The notes: generated from the sequence alone by a model not told the origin. A DNA stretch of 64,000 nt from an uncultured Gemmatimonadales bacterium (GCA_963793305.1 CAWBZV010000005.1:256001-320000), one strand, 5' to 3'. Shown: positions 43,384 to 53,791, counted from the first letter of the stretch. Made by a program: numbers and translations.

Positions 43384-44370
43384 CACTTGGTCGACGGTGA
43401 TCCGAGGCATTCGGCCTCGTCTTCGGGTCCAGATGACCGCATCACCGTCACCCGGCTCGCGGAACGCATCGACCACCAGGTCGTGATATTTGCGATAGGG
43501 ACCCGTGCGCCTGGGATCGGCCTGCGCCATGAGACTCACCACCGGCCGGTCCAGCGCGACGGCCATGTGCAATGGCCCCGTGTCGAGCGAGATCACCAGC
43601 GCGGCGCCATCCACAATGGAGACCAGGCGCCGGAGCCCTGAGCCGAGAGCGTTGCGCACCGGATACCGTGCGAGCATCTGAATGCGATGCGCCGTCTCGT
43701 GTTCACGCTGAGATTGGCCACCAACGATCACCGGCTCGAGGTCATACGTCACCGTGAGCGCGTCGGCGACCTTGGCCCAGCGCTCGGGTAGCCACTCGCG
43801 ATCCGAATCCCCGGCGCCGACGACCAGGGCGGCAACCGGTCGGTCCATCGAAGCGAAGAACGACTGCTGCCACGACCGCTCCTCGCCCCGCGGCCCCAGT
43901 TGCCAGGCAATGGGCTCCGCCGGAATCTTGAGCGCCGTCAAGAACTCGAAATACTGATCCTGGACGTGCGCCCGCGGCCCCGGATCGATGCGCGACGTCG
44001 TGAACAGCCAGTTGAGATCCCGCGCCCGGGCGCGATCGAACCCCAGCTTGACCGTCGCCGGCGTGACCGCGGTCACGAGCCCGCCTTTCAACGCCACCTG
44101 CAGATCGATCAAGAGATCGAATGGCTCGCGCTTGCGGAGCGCCAGGTGATAGGCGGCGAACGCGCTCAATCCGCGATGCGGATCGATCTCGATGATCTCG
44201 TCGATCGATGGATGACCGCGGACGAGCGCGGCCGGGCCGGGCTCGATCACCCAGGTAATCCACGCCATCGGATACTCGCGCTTGATCGCGTTGATCACCG
44301 GCAGCACGTGCACGCTGTCGCCGATCGCGCTCAGCATGACGACGCAGATCCGGTCGAACGGCGACGTCAC
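43339..44370 (-). CDS. GT9 LPS heptosyltransferase-like (paralogue 2)
   Basis: SAIGD.VH.LP, IDLQ, DTGPLH.AVAL. Confidence 0.9.
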   Translation of the reverse strand: MTSPFDRICVVMLSAIGDSVHVLPVINAIKREYPMAWITWVIEPGPAALVRGHPSIDEIIEIDPHRGLSAFAAYHLALRKREPFDLLIDLQVALKGGLVTAVTPATVKLGFDRARARDLNWLFTTSRIDPGPRAHVQDQYFEFLTALKIPAEPIAWQLGPRGEERSWQQSFFASMDRPVAALVVGAGDSDREWLPERWAKVADALTVTYDLEPVIVGGQSQREHETAHRIQMLARYPVRNALGSGLRRLVSIVDGAALVISLDTGPLHMAVALDRPVVSLMAQADPRRTGPYRKYHDLVVDAFREPGDGDAVIWTRRRGRMPRITVDQVLARVALWQDRYRSS

Positions 44371-45386
44371 GGCCGATACCGCACGCGCCAGAGCTTCACG
44401 CGGTCCATCACCATCGGTACGGTGATGTGCATCATCCCATCGAGCCGCCGCTCCTTCATGCGCCGCGACGGCTCGCCAAATCCGTTGGCGATGAGGTCGT
44501 GGTATTTGCGATACGGGCCGTAGACGATCGGGTCGTTATATCCGATGAGACTCACGACGGGCCGGTCGAGCGCGACCGCGATATGCAGCGGCCCCGTATC
44601 CAGCGACACGACGAGCGCGGCGCCGTCGAGGATGGCCACCAAGCGCCGGAGCCCTGATCCCAACGCATTGCGCACGGGATAGCGCGCGAGGGTCTGGATC
44701 TGGTGCGCGGTCGCGATCTCGCGCGGTGTGCTCCCGCCGACCATGACGGGCGCGAGCCCATACTCGGTCGTGAGCGCATCGGCCACGGCGGCCCAGCGCT
44801 CCGGCAGCCAGTTCTTGGGCTCCCGACTCGACCCGATCACGAGGGCCGCGACTGGCCTATCAATGGCCGCGTAGAACGACGATTGCCATTCCCGCTCTTC
44901 CGCCCGCGGCGCCAGGTCCCAGATCACCGGCTCGGCGTTGACCCCGAGCGGTCCCAGAAATTCAAAAAACTGATCCTGAATGTGCCGGGGCCCTTTGACC
45001 CGCGGGATCCTGGCGTTAGTAAAAAGCCAGTTGAAATCCCTGGCGCGCCAGAAATCGAACCCGAGCTTTGTTTCGCCCTTGATCAGCCAGGTCAAAATCC
45101 CAGCCTTGAGATACGGCTGCAAGTCGAAGACAACGTCGAAGACGCGCGCGCCGCAGGCGCGCCGTACTTCGTAAAACGCGCCAAGCCCTCGATCGCGATC
45201 AAAGACGATGAGCTCGTCGATGGCGGGATGCCCCGCCACGAGCTCCGCGGGCCCGGGCTGCACGATCCACGTCGTCTTCGTCGCCGGCGACCGTCGCTTG
45301 ATCGCATTGAGCAGCGGCAACACGTGCACCGCGTCACCGATCGCGCTCGGCATGACGATGCACACACGAGATCCGAGCGCGATCAT
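44367..45386 (-). CDS. GT9 LPS heptosyltransferase-like (paralogue 1)
   Basis: SAIGD.VH.LP, FDLQ, KNW..ERW, DTGPLH.AVAL. Confidence 0.9.
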   Translation of the reverse strand: MIALGSRVCIVMPSAIGDAVHVLPLLNAIKRRSPATKTTWIVQPGPAELVAGHPAIDELIVFDRDRGLGAFYEVRRACGARVFDVVFDLQPYLKAGILTWLIKGETKLGFDFWRARDFNWLFTNARIPRVKGPRHIQDQFFEFLGPLGVNAEPVIWDLAPRAEEREWQSSFYAAIDRPVAALVIGSSREPKNWLPERWAAVADALTTEYGLAPVMVGGSTPREIATAHQIQTLARYPVRNALGSGLRRLVAILDGAALVVSLDTGPLHIAVALDRPVVSLIGYNDPIVYGPYRKYHDLIANGFGEPSRRMKERRLDGMMHITVPMVMDRVKLWRVRYRP

Positions 45387-46013
45387 CGGCCGAGTTTTTT
45401 CGCTGACCGCATGAGCCGAGATCTGTTGCGTTCATCGACGCGCCGATCGCGGGGCGGCAAAAAATACACGGTGTCGATGTCGAGAACGTACGCGGTTCCG
45501 CCATCGACGATCACATTGCGCATGTTGAGATCCGGGTGCACCGCGCCCGCCCGGCTCATCGCTTGTATCAGGGTCTCCGCTTCCTCGGGGCTCGTCAATT
45601 CCCGTCCAGCGATCTCCCGAGTGACAACGTCCGCGCGCTCAATGCCCGGGATGACCGTGTACGTCGCATACGCGACGATGTCAGGCGTCGGGACGCCGGC
45701 GGCCCGCAGCCGAATGGCGACGTTCGAGCTCGTGCGGTGCGCGCGTCGGCGCCAGAAAGAGGTCTTGTGTGAGCGGCGCCAGCAGTCCGCCATGTCGCGA
45801 GTGCCGGACCACGACGGGGACGTTGGCGAGCACGGTCGCGTACGCAACATCACGCCCGCGCAGAGGCTTGGCGTTCGGCGCGCGCGCGGCCCAGCCATGC
45901 AGCGTCTCGCCGCTTGCCAGAACCGCGTCGACCGCTGCCGCAAACGCCTCGAGCACGACCGCTCGGGTGCGGCCGCGGCGGAGCAGGGAGTAACCTGCCG
46001 GAACGTGGCTCAG
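45383..46013 (-). CDS. LPS/Kdo kinase family protein (KdkA/InaA-like); CTG start, apparent +1 frameshift near 45725
   Basis: VVRH..HGGLL....D.F....R...EL, GVPTP, HPDLN..N, YVLDID, RLMRSAKK. Confidence 0.8.
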
Positions 46014-47569
46014 CCGGCGACCCGAAAAACGGGAATCGCGTGCGCTTTCCCCTTGAGATCCATCGGCGGCCGCTCTTCGAGCCTCGGCGGCGCCTTGAGC
46101 GCCCGCCGCATGGCATCCGACAACAAGATCTCCCCCGCCTCGGCGGCCGAGCAGAGCCGGCTGGCCGTATTGACGGTGTCGCCGATCACGGTGAACTCGA
46201 GCCGGCGCTCCGAGCCGATATTCCCGGCGAACGCCTCGCCGAAATTGAGCCCGATGCCGATGCCGAGCGCCGGCCGCCCCGCCGCGAGCCACTTCACGTT
46301 CAGCTGCTCGAGCGCGCGCATCATGTCGACCGCCGCGCGCATCGCGCGATCGGCGTCGTCGTTCGTGCCGATCGGCGCCCCCCACTGCGCCATGACGGCG
46401 TCGCCCATGAACTTGTCCAGCGTGCCGCCGTGTCGGAACACGCAATCGACCATCTCGGTGAAATATTCGGAGAGCAGGGTCGCCATGTCATCGGGCTTCA
46501 TCGTCTCCGACAGCGCCGTGAATCCTCGAATATCACTGAATAGCACGGCAATGGGCCGCTTATCGCCCCCGAGCTTCACCGCATCCAACGACGTCGCGAT
46601 TCTCGCCGCGAGACTCGGCGCGAAGTATCGCTCGAAATTGCTACGCACAATGAGCTCTTGCCGGATGCGCTCCGAGAACTGCCCGTTCTCAATGGCCGCG
46701 GCGGCAATCGATGCAAACGCAATTAAAAAGTCGAGATCGTCCTCACCGAAGCGATGGGTAGACGTAACGTTGTCCACGTAGAGCACGCCAAGCACGCGCC
46801 CTTCGCTCCCGACGAGCGGCGCACACATGGTCGATCTGACGCGTTGCATAAGAATGGACTGCCCGCCAAATCTCATATCCTCGGGAGCGTTGTCAGACAG
46901 AATGCCAACTTTGTCCTGCACCGCTGTTCTCACAATGGACTGCGGCACGGTTCTCTGAGCAGCTGTACCATGTCGATCCCGCGAGACTTTCGGAACGTTG
47001 TCGAGCAGTATCGACACGTAGTCGACGTTGAAGATCTGCAAGCAGAACCCGGCGATCGTATCCAGCAGCGCGCCAGTGTCGACGGTCCGCGTCAGCCCTT
47101 TCGAGACTTCCAATAGCAGCGCCAACTTCTTGGCCGAGCGCTGCTCGTCTGATCCCGTCGGGTGCGTGATGCCAAGCACCGCGCCATCAGTGGCCGGCAA
47201 CTGCCGCACGATCGTCGCGCCCTTGGGCGGCGTGGCCAGCGCGGGCGGCGCGGGCGGGACAACGTGCTCCAACGACGGCGTCAGCTGCGTGACCTTGAAT
47301 GGCACCTTCCCAAACGAGATGACGTCGCCGGATGCCAGCCGCGCCGTTTCGATGCGCCCGCCGTTCAGATAGGTGCCGTTGCTCGACCCGAGATCCCGAA
47401 CCTCGACGCCGTCGTCCCCAGCCACGAGCTCGGCGTGCCGCCTCGAGATGGTCGGATCGAACACGGGGATGTCGCTGGTGAGCGCCCGGCCGACTACCAC
47501 GGTCGACCCCGCGGGGAGATCGAACGTTTGCTCGTGCTCGCCGCCGACGCTCGTCAGCTTGAACGGCAT
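46010..47569 (-). CDS. FHA-GAF-class III adenylate/guanylate cyclase
   Basis: FHA (GR...ISRRHA...DLGSSNGT), GAF (CAPL...GVLYVD), cyclase (FSDIRGFT, DKFMGDA, IGDTVNTASRL). Confidence 0.92.
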   Translation of the reverse strand: MPFKLTSVGGEHEQTFDLPAGSTVVVGRALTSDIPVFDPTISRRHAELVAGDDGVEVRDLGSSNGTYLNGGRIETARLASGDVISFGKVPFKVTQLTPSLEHVVPPAPPALATPPKGATIVRQLPATDGAVLGITHPTGSDEQRSAKKLALLLEVSKGLTRTVDTGALLDTIAGFCLQIFNVDYVSILLDNVPKVSRDRHGTAAQRTVPQSIVRTAVQDKVGILSDNAPEDMRFGGQSILMQRVRSTMCAPLVGSEGRVLGVLYVDNVTSTHRFGEDDLDFLIAFASIAAAAIENGQFSERIRQELIVRSNFERYFAPSLAARIATSLDAVKLGGDKRPIAVLFSDIRGFTALSETMKPDDMATLLSEYFTEMVDCVFRHGGTLDKFMGDAVMAQWGAPIGTNDDADRAMRAAVDMMRALEQLNVKWLAAGRPALGIGIGLNFGEAFAGNIGSERRLEFTVIGDTVNTASRLCSAAEAGEILLSDAMRRALKAPPRLEERPPMDLKGKAHAIPVFRVAG

Positions 47570-49080
47570 GCCGCCCGCACCTGTCCGATAGCGGTCAGTA
47601 GCGCCCGCGCCTTATTCTCGGTCTCCTCCCACTCGCGCGCGGGATCGGAATCGGCCACGATGCCGGCGGCAACCTGCACCGATGCGGTGCCGTTGGCGAT
47701 GATGCACGTCCGGATCGTGATCGCGAGGTCCATGCGACGGCCACCCGCGGCGACGTAACCGACCGCGCCGCCATACGGCCCGCGCCGCTCAGGCTCGAGC
47801 TCGTCGATGATCTCCATCGCTCTCACCTTGGGCGCCCCACTCAGCGTTCCCGCGGGGAATGTTGCCCGGAACACATCCAGCGCATTCGCATCGCCGGCAA
47901 TAGTCCCTTCGACCTGACTCACGATATGGAGCACATGCGAGTATCGCTCGATCTTCATGAGCTCCGTCACGCTCACCGACCCGAACTCGGCGATGCGCCC
48001 GATATCATTGCGGCAGAGATCCACGAGCATGACGTGCTCGGCCCGCTCTTTCTCGTCGGCAATGAGCTCCGCGCTCAGCGCTTCATCCTCCGCCGCCGTC
48101 TTTCCTCGTGGACGTGTCCCCGCGATGGGTCGTAACGTGACGCGCCCGTCCGCAACTCTCACGTGCACCTCGGGTGAGCTGCCCACCAACTCGACCCCAT
48201 CGAGGATGAGATGAAACATGTACGGCGAGGGATTGATGGCCCGCAGCGCCCGGTAGAGAGCAGCCGATGGAAAATCATGCTCGACATCAATGCGCCGTCC
48301 GAGCTCGGCCTGAAAACAATCCCCGGCAAAGACATACTCGCGAATGCGCTCGACGTCGCGCATGTAGTCCTGCCGGGCATAGGTCGATCGTCCGGTCGCC
48401 GGCGGAGCCGAAGGGTCGAGATCGAGCGGCGCGAGCGCCTGCGACGCCCGCAGGCGCGCCAATGTCGCCTCGATGTCCGCGAGCGCCGCGTCGTAGCGCG
48501 CCCGAATCTCCTGGCTCGTGAGATCGGCCGACACAGGCACGCTCATGACAACCCGAGCCCGCGCGCGAAAGTTGTCGATGATCACGACACCCCGCGTCAT
48601 GACGAAGATCGCGTCGGGCACGCGCAAACCCGCCGGTGGCGGAGAGGCCAAGTGCTCGATGTATCGCACGACGTCGTAGCCGAAGTAACCGACGGCGCCC
48701 CCCCAGAACGCCCCGAGCTCCGAGTCGAGCTCGCCGAGCGGCGGCGGTGTGTCGCGAGCCAAAACGGCGTCGAGGTCGGCCAGGGGGTCGGCAGGGCGGC
48801 GCGCGCCGTGCCACCCGCGCTCGGGCGTCCAATCTTCCACAACCCCATCCGTCAGCCGCCAGGCGCTTCTCGGCTCGGTCCCCATAAACGTGTATCGCGA
48901 CCAGGTCTCAGAACCCGCTGGAGCGGATTCGAGCAGGAACGCGAACGACCCGCGCCGGAGCTTCGCGAACGCCGACACAGCGGTATCGGTGTCCAGTAAG
49001 CAGTCCCGCCAGACCGGGATGACGCCACCCGCGGGGCCGACGGCTTGCGCCAGCGCGCAGAATCGCTCAAATCCGGGCAT
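47554..49080 (-). CDS. trpE: Anthranilate synthase component I family (start uncertain, 49080-49113)
   Basis: FLLESA, NPSPYM, SSPE, KERAEHVMLVDL.RND, FPAGTLSGAPK.RAMEII, E..NKA. Confidence 0.88.
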   Translation of the reverse strand: MPGFERFCALAQAVGPAGGVIPVWRDCLLDTDTAVSAFAKLRRGSFAFLLESAPAGSETWSRYTFMGTEPRSAWRLTDGVVEDWTPERGWHGARRPADPLADLDAVLARDTPPPLGELDSELGAFWGGAVGYFGYDVVRYIEHLASPPPAGLRVPDAIFVMTRGVVIIDNFRARARVVMSVPVSADLTSQEIRARYDAALADIEATLARLRASQALAPLDLDPSAPPATGRSTYARQDYMRDVERIREYVFAGDCFQAELGRRIDVEHDFPSAALYRALRAINPSPYMFHLILDGVELVGSSPEVHVRVADGRVTLRPIAGTRPRGKTAAEDEALSAELIADEKERAEHVMLVDLCRNDIGRIAEFGSVSVTELMKIERYSHVLHIVSQVEGTIAGDANALDVFRATFPAGTLSGAPKVRAMEIIDELEPERRGPYGGAVGYVAAGGRRMDLAITIRTCIIANGTASVQVAAGIVADSDPAREWEETENKARALLTAIGQVRAACRSS

Positions 49081-51055
49081 GTTCAACAAGGGGCTGGCCG
49101 CGTGTGCCATCATGTCGCTGTCACTGGCGGGGGTCGTCGAGGCTCAAGTATGGAACAGCGCCGAAGCGCGCGCCCTGGTCGAACGCGCGACCGCTCTCCG
49201 TACGCGCCAGCTCGCCGATACCGGACTGGTCGACTACCACGCGACGGCCCACGGCTACGTGACGTTTCTGGCGCAACTCGGAGACGGGCTCCGCGAGCCG
49301 CCCAGAATCGTCCGCGCCGACCAGCTCGCGCTCGAAGTCTATTGGCGGGCACCGAACTTCAGCAAGCAGATTATCGAGGGACGACGCGACACGCTGCTGC
49401 TCCCCACGGACATCGTGTACCACCGTGATCACCTCGGCATCGTGCAAAATAATTTCCCCGATGCGATTCGGTTGGGGGAAGGGGACGAGGTGAAAGATGT
49501 GCCCCACCCGCTCTCGCGCGTAGGACTCGCGCTCTACGACTTCGCCATCGACGACTCGCTCACTATTTCACCCCCACCCGTTCGCGTATACCGAGTCCTG
49601 GTACGTCCGCATGATCCCAACTCGGCCGGTATCGTCGGCGCAATCTATATCGAACCGCGTGAAGGCCAGGTCGTGCGCATGGTGTTCGACTTCACCCGCC
49701 GTGCCTTCCTCCAGCCCGAGCTCGAGGGCATCTCGGTCGCATTGGAGAATGCGCTCGTCGACGGGCGATTTTGGCTCCCGAACCGTCAGGAGATCGAGAT
49801 CCGCCGCTCCGGCACGTGGCTGGATGCACCGGTGCGCGGGATCATCCGCTCCCACTGGGAGATCGCGAACTATGTCGTGAACCGGGGGGTGCCGTCGTTC
49901 TTTGGCGGCGCCGAAATCGTCTCGGTCGACGCGACGCATCTACAACAGTACCCATGGCACGGCGGCATCCTCGACTCGCTCGAATCCGGATCGCACGTCG
50001 TCACCGACGCCAATGTCGTGCGGCTCCAGGACTACGTCCGGGACTACGGCGTCCGCCACGTGACCGAGACGGCCATCGCCGCGCGCTCCGCATCCGACTT
50101 CGTCCGCGTCGACCGCGCCGAAGGCCTGGCCCTCGGCGCCGGCCTCACGCAACACTTCGGCTACGGCTTCTCGGCCACGGCCCGAGCGCGCTATGGCTTC
50201 GCCGACACCCGAGCGAAAGGCGAGGCTGACCTGTCGTGGAACTGGCTCACGCTCTCCGCCTACCGCGACTATCGGGACGTGGGCAATGTCCCAGAAAGCT
50301 CTCGTCTCATAAACAGCCTCGCCGCCCAAGAATTTGGCACTGATCACACAGACCCCTACGACACACGTGGGGTGGCCGCTTTCGTCTCGCTACCCACGTT
50401 GGGCGGCTTCACCTGGCAGCTCGGCGTCCGCCGCGAACGCCAGGACTCATTGGCCGTCCGCGCGCACCCGACGTCGGGCCATTTCGCTCCCACCGTCCCC
50501 GCCGTTTCCCTCTGGCAGACGTTGCCCTCCCTCACTGTCTCGCACCCCACTTCCCCAGGTCCCCTCGGCACAGAGATCCGCCTGGATGCCGCTTTCACCG
50601 GAGCATTCGGAACGTTCGCCCGAGCGAACGCCGTATTGTCGATCGAGCGTCCGGAGGGCGCCGACAGATTAGTCACGCGAACAACGCTCGCCGGAGTCAC
50701 CGCCGGCCCGGTCCCAATACAAGACGACGTGTTTCTCGGCGGGCCGATCACGGGCCCGGGCTACGCGTACCACGAGTTTGTTGGCCGTGCGGGAGCGACC
50801 GAACACATAGAATGGCAGTTCCCGATTCCTGCCCCCGGGATCACCTTGGGCCGCTACGGAACCAGCCCCAGAACGGTGACGCTCGCCCCGTTCGTACACG
50901 TGCTGTACACGTCCCGCGATGGGTACTACCCGTCTGCAGGCATGGGTGTGCTAGCGCTCTTCAATCTGGTCCGATTTGATGTCGCCCACGGCCTACGACG
51001 GGGCGCCTGGACGTTCGCATTCGACCTCGATCGCACCCTCTGGCCGGTGCTGTAG
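49079..51055 (+). CDS. Exported hypothetical protein, probable outer-membrane beta-barrel C-terminus
   Basis: Signal peptide MFNKG...VEA/Q; C-terminal strands (G.G....LVRFDVA.G...W.F.FD). Confidence 0.7.
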   Translation: MFNKGLAACAIMSLSLAGVVEAQVWNSAEARALVERATALRTRQLADTGLVDYHATAHGYVTFLAQLGDGLREPPRIVRADQLALEVYWRAPNFSKQIIEGRRDTLLLPTDIVYHRDHLGIVQNNFPDAIRLGEGDEVKDVPHPLSRVGLALYDFAIDDSLTISPPPVRVYRVLVRPHDPNSAGIVGAIYIEPREGQVVRMVFDFTRRAFLQPELEGISVALENALVDGRFWLPNRQEIEIRRSGTWLDAPVRGIIRSHWEIANYVVNRGVPSFFGGAEIVSVDATHLQQYPWHGGILDSLESGSHVVTDANVVRLQDYVRDYGVRHVTETAIAARSASDFVRVDRAEGLALGAGLTQHFGYGFSATARARYGFADTRAKGEADLSWNWLTLSAYRDYRDVGNVPESSRLINSLAAQEFGTDHTDPYDTRGVAAFVSLPTLGGFTWQLGVRRERQDSLAVRAHPTSGHFAPTVPAVSLWQTLPSLTVSHPTSPGPLGTEIRLDAAFTGAFGTFARANAVLSIERPEGADRLVTRTTLAGVTAGPVPIQDDVFLGGPITGPGYAYHEFVGRAGATEHIEWQFPIPAPGITLGRYGTSPRTVTLAPFVHVLYTSRDGYYPSAGMGVLALFNLVRFDVAHGLRRGAWTFAFDLDRTLWPVL

Positions 51056-51520
51056 CACCCAGGCCAGGAGAAACGCGCCAACCGTGACGGCAACGTCCGC
51101 CACGTTGAACGTCCAGAACCGCAGGGAGCCTACGCCGAGGTCCACGAAGTCGACCACCCCGCGTGACCACCGCACGCGGTCGATCACGTTCCCGAGGGCG
51201 CCGCCCGTCAACAGGGCAAGCGCAATGACGCGCGCGGTCTCACCGGGCGCCGTGCGCCGATAGGCCCGCCACAGGATGCCAATGACCACCAGCGCGGCCG
51301 CGGTCAACAGCCACCGCGACTCGCCCCGATTGAGAATGCCGGTCGCGGCACCCCGGTTGTAGGCGAGGGTCAACCGAAACACATCGCCCACGATGTCGTG
51401 CGGTACATCGGGTGGCGACAAGGCCTCGACCGCGAGGCGTTTGGTCGAGCAGTCGAGCAACAATACGGTCAGGAGCACCGGCCAGTACCGCTTTGCCTTA
51501 ATATTGTTGGACGATGCCAC
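50993..51520 (-). CDS. lspA: Lipoprotein signal peptidase II
   Basis: LD..TK, N.GAA, GGALGN..DR...GVVDF, FNVAD. Confidence 0.93.
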   Translation of the reverse strand: MASSNNIKAKRYWPVLLTVLLLDCSTKRLAVEALSPPDVPHDIVGDVFRLTLAYNRGAATGILNRGESRWLLTAAALVVIGILWRAYRRTAPGETARVIALALLTGGALGNVIDRVRWSRGVVDFVDLGVGSLRFWTFNVADVAVTVGAFLLAWVLQHRPEGAIEVECERPGAPS

Positions 51521-51885
51521 TCGTACTCCTGGTCGAAGATGAGGAGACGCTCCGTAAGGTCCTTCGCAATCTGCTCGAACGCGATGGCTTCGAAGTCGCC
51601 GAGGCGGCCGACGGCGCCGAGGCGTTGAGCGCGGTCGATCGGCTCTCACCCAATGCCATCGTGCTCGACCTCAATCTGCCCGTGCTCGACGGCTACGACG
51701 TGCTGTCTCGCCTCCGTACTCGAAGTACGAGCGCGACGCTCCCGGTGTTGGTCTTGACCGCGAATGGCGATGAGGCCTCGGAGGTCCGCGCCCTCAAAAT
51801 GGGCGCGAACGAATTCCTGACAAAACCGTTCCGCCCCCGCGCCCTCGGCGCACGGCTCAAGCTGCTCCTGTCGCGCGACGGATGA
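51514..51885 (+). CDS. Single-domain response regulator
   Basis: LVEDE, LDLNLP..DG, LTA, KPF. Confidence 0.92.
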   Translation: MPLVLLVEDEETLRKVLRNLLERDGFEVAEAADGAEALSAVDRLSPNAIVLDLNLPVLDGYDVLSRLRTRSTSATLPVLVLTANGDEASEVRALKMGANEFLTKPFRPRALGARLKLLLSRDG

Positions 51886-52337
51886 CCGACATCGTCGTCG
51901 GGGTCGTGGATGTCTATGTGATCCGTCCGTCTTGGCACGTCCTCCTGCTCCAACGCCGCGAGGGCACGCGCTGTCCGGGAAGCTGGGAAACCGTGCACGG
52001 TCATATCGAGCGTGACGAACCCCCCGAATCCGCCGCGGTCCGCGAAGTCCGGGAAGAGACAGGCCTTGTCGTGGAACGCCTGTATAACGTCACCGTGCAG
52101 CCATTCTATCTGCACCGGTACGGAGCGGTTCAACTGGCGGTCGTCTTCGCCGCATTTGTGGCGGAAGACTCGCACGTCGTACTCGGCACGGAACATCAAC
52201 AGGCCGAGTGGCGCACCGTCGACGAAGCGCTGGCGCGCTACACGTGGCCGAGGTCACGTGCCGCGCTCAACGACATCGTCGATCTACTCGCCTTTGGCGA
52301 TGCAGGGGTCGTAGAAGACGTCCTGCGCGTGCTCTAG
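51882..52337 (+). CDS. NUDIX hydrolase (NudB-like)
   Basis: G.IE.DE.P..AAVREVREETG; EH...EW. Confidence 0.88.
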   Translation: MTDIVVGVVDVYVIRPSWHVLLLQRREGTRCPGSWETVHGHIERDEPPESAAVREVREETGLVVERLYNVTVQPFYLHRYGAVQLAVVFAAFVAEDSHVVLGTEHQQAEWRTVDEALARYTWPRSRAALNDIVDLLAFGDAGVVEDVLRVL

Positions 52338-52340
52338 TCG

Positions 52341-53186
52341 TCAGAACCCGCGGCGACGCAACGTCGGCAAGCAGTCCTCGTCGCGAAAATCCGGCGGCAC
52401 GTTCGGCTTGACGCGAACGCTCTTCGCGGGGATGCCGACATTCACGTGATACGCCCGCACGTCCTTGGTCGCGACGGCCATGGCGCCGACCATGCCCTGG
52501 CAATGCACATTGACACCAGCGAGCACAGTCGCGTGATACGTGATGCGCACGCCGTCGTCGAGCCGCGTGACGGCGTTCGTCACCTCGCGCCCGTCGACGA
52601 TGCTGTGCGTATGCGAATAGATATTCGCGAAATCGGAGATCGACACGTTGTTGCCGATGATGATCCCACCGCGATCATCGAGCAACACATTCCGATGCAC
52701 CACGACGTTGTCGCCGACCTCGAGGTTGTACCCGAACGAGAATTCGACGCTCTGAAACGCCTTGAAATTCTCGCCAACCCGCTTGAAGATGTGCTGCGCC
52801 AAGACACGCCGTAACCGTACGCCCAGATCAACGTCCTGACCGCCCAACGGGCTGCGGTCGAACGAATACCAGAGCCACAGGAGCGGCTTGATCGGCTGAT
52901 ACTGCGCGTCATCGCACTCGGCGTAGTACTCGGGCTCGAGCGTGATGTTACGCGGATCGAGCGATGCCAACGCGAGCCGCACGCCCGCCGGGACTTTCGT
53001 GTCCTGGATGGCGGTCTCCCAGTTCGCCGCGTACGCGGGGTACCAGAGCTCCGCCAACGTTCGTCGACAGAGTGTGGCGCGATCGGTCGCAGGATTCGCG
53101 AGTGCGTCGGCTAGCCCGTCGAGCCACTCCTGGGCCAGCGGCAACGAGGGATGCTCGGCCAACTTGCGCAGTGGGAGGAACGTCAT
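52341..53186 (-). CDS. Hexapeptide-repeat acyltransferase with N-terminal extension
   Basis: GDNVVVH.NV.LDDRGGI.IGNNVSIS, VGIPAK. Confidence 0.85.
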   Translation of the reverse strand: MTFLPLRKLAEHPSLPLAQEWLDGLADALANPATDRATLCRRTLAELWYPAYAANWETAIQDTKVPAGVRLALASLDPRNITLEPEYYAECDDAQYQPIKPLLWLWYSFDRSPLGGQDVDLGVRLRRVLAQHIFKRVGENFKAFQSVEFSFGYNLEVGDNVVVHRNVLLDDRGGIIIGNNVSISDFANIYSHTHSIVDGREVTNAVTRLDDGVRITYHATVLAGVNVHCQGMVGAMAVATKDVRAYHVNVGIPAKSVRVKPNVPPDFRDEDCLPTLRRRGF

Positions 53187-53190
53187 AGGC

Positions 53191-53791
53191 TCAAGATAAC
53201 ACGAGCGCGGCGAGCGCGTCGGCCAGCTCGTCCCGTCCGGTTCCTGTTACAGCGCTGAAAGGAATGATCTGCTCGGGATCGAGCTCCAGCTCGCGCCCCA
53301 GCCGCTCGAATGTGCTCCGTGACCGCTCGCGAGCTCAGCTTATCGATCTTGGTCACGACAACGATAGTCGGTACGCCCGTCTCGGCGAGAAAATCGAGCA
53401 TTTGCCTATCATCCGGGCTCGGCTCGCGTCTCACGTCGAGCAGTTGGACCACGCCACGCGGCCCGGGCGTGCTTTTGAGATACCCCTCGATGAGCGGCCG
53501 CCACGCCTCCTTTGCGGCCTTTGACACCCGTGCGTACCCATAGCCGGGCAGGTCAACGAGTACGAACTGGTGATTGACGCGGAAGAAGTTGATCTCGCGC
53601 GTTCGCCCAGGGGTGTTACTGACCCGGGCAAAGCCGCGGCGACGAACGAGACGGTTGAGCAGGGACGATTTCCCGACGTTCGACCGTCCCGCAAACGCGA
53701 CTTCCGGCAACTCGGGCGGCGGCCGCCACCCACCCGGCGACGCTTGCCCGCCGAGGAATTCCAGATCCCGAATCGGGAGCGGGTCGGTCAG
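53191..53791 (-). CDS. engB: GTP-binding protein EngB/YihA; CTG start, apparent +1 frameshift near 53305
   Basis: GRSNVGKSS, TPGRT, DLPGYG, TKIDK; C-terminal FSAVTGTG.DEL in the adjacent frame ending at 53191. Confidence 0.92.

Noticed and set aside
44703..51055. Long antisense or overlapping ORFs (e.g. 44703-46781 and the 48749 extension)
   Set aside because: Shadow ORFs expected in high-GC coding DNA; no recognisable motifs
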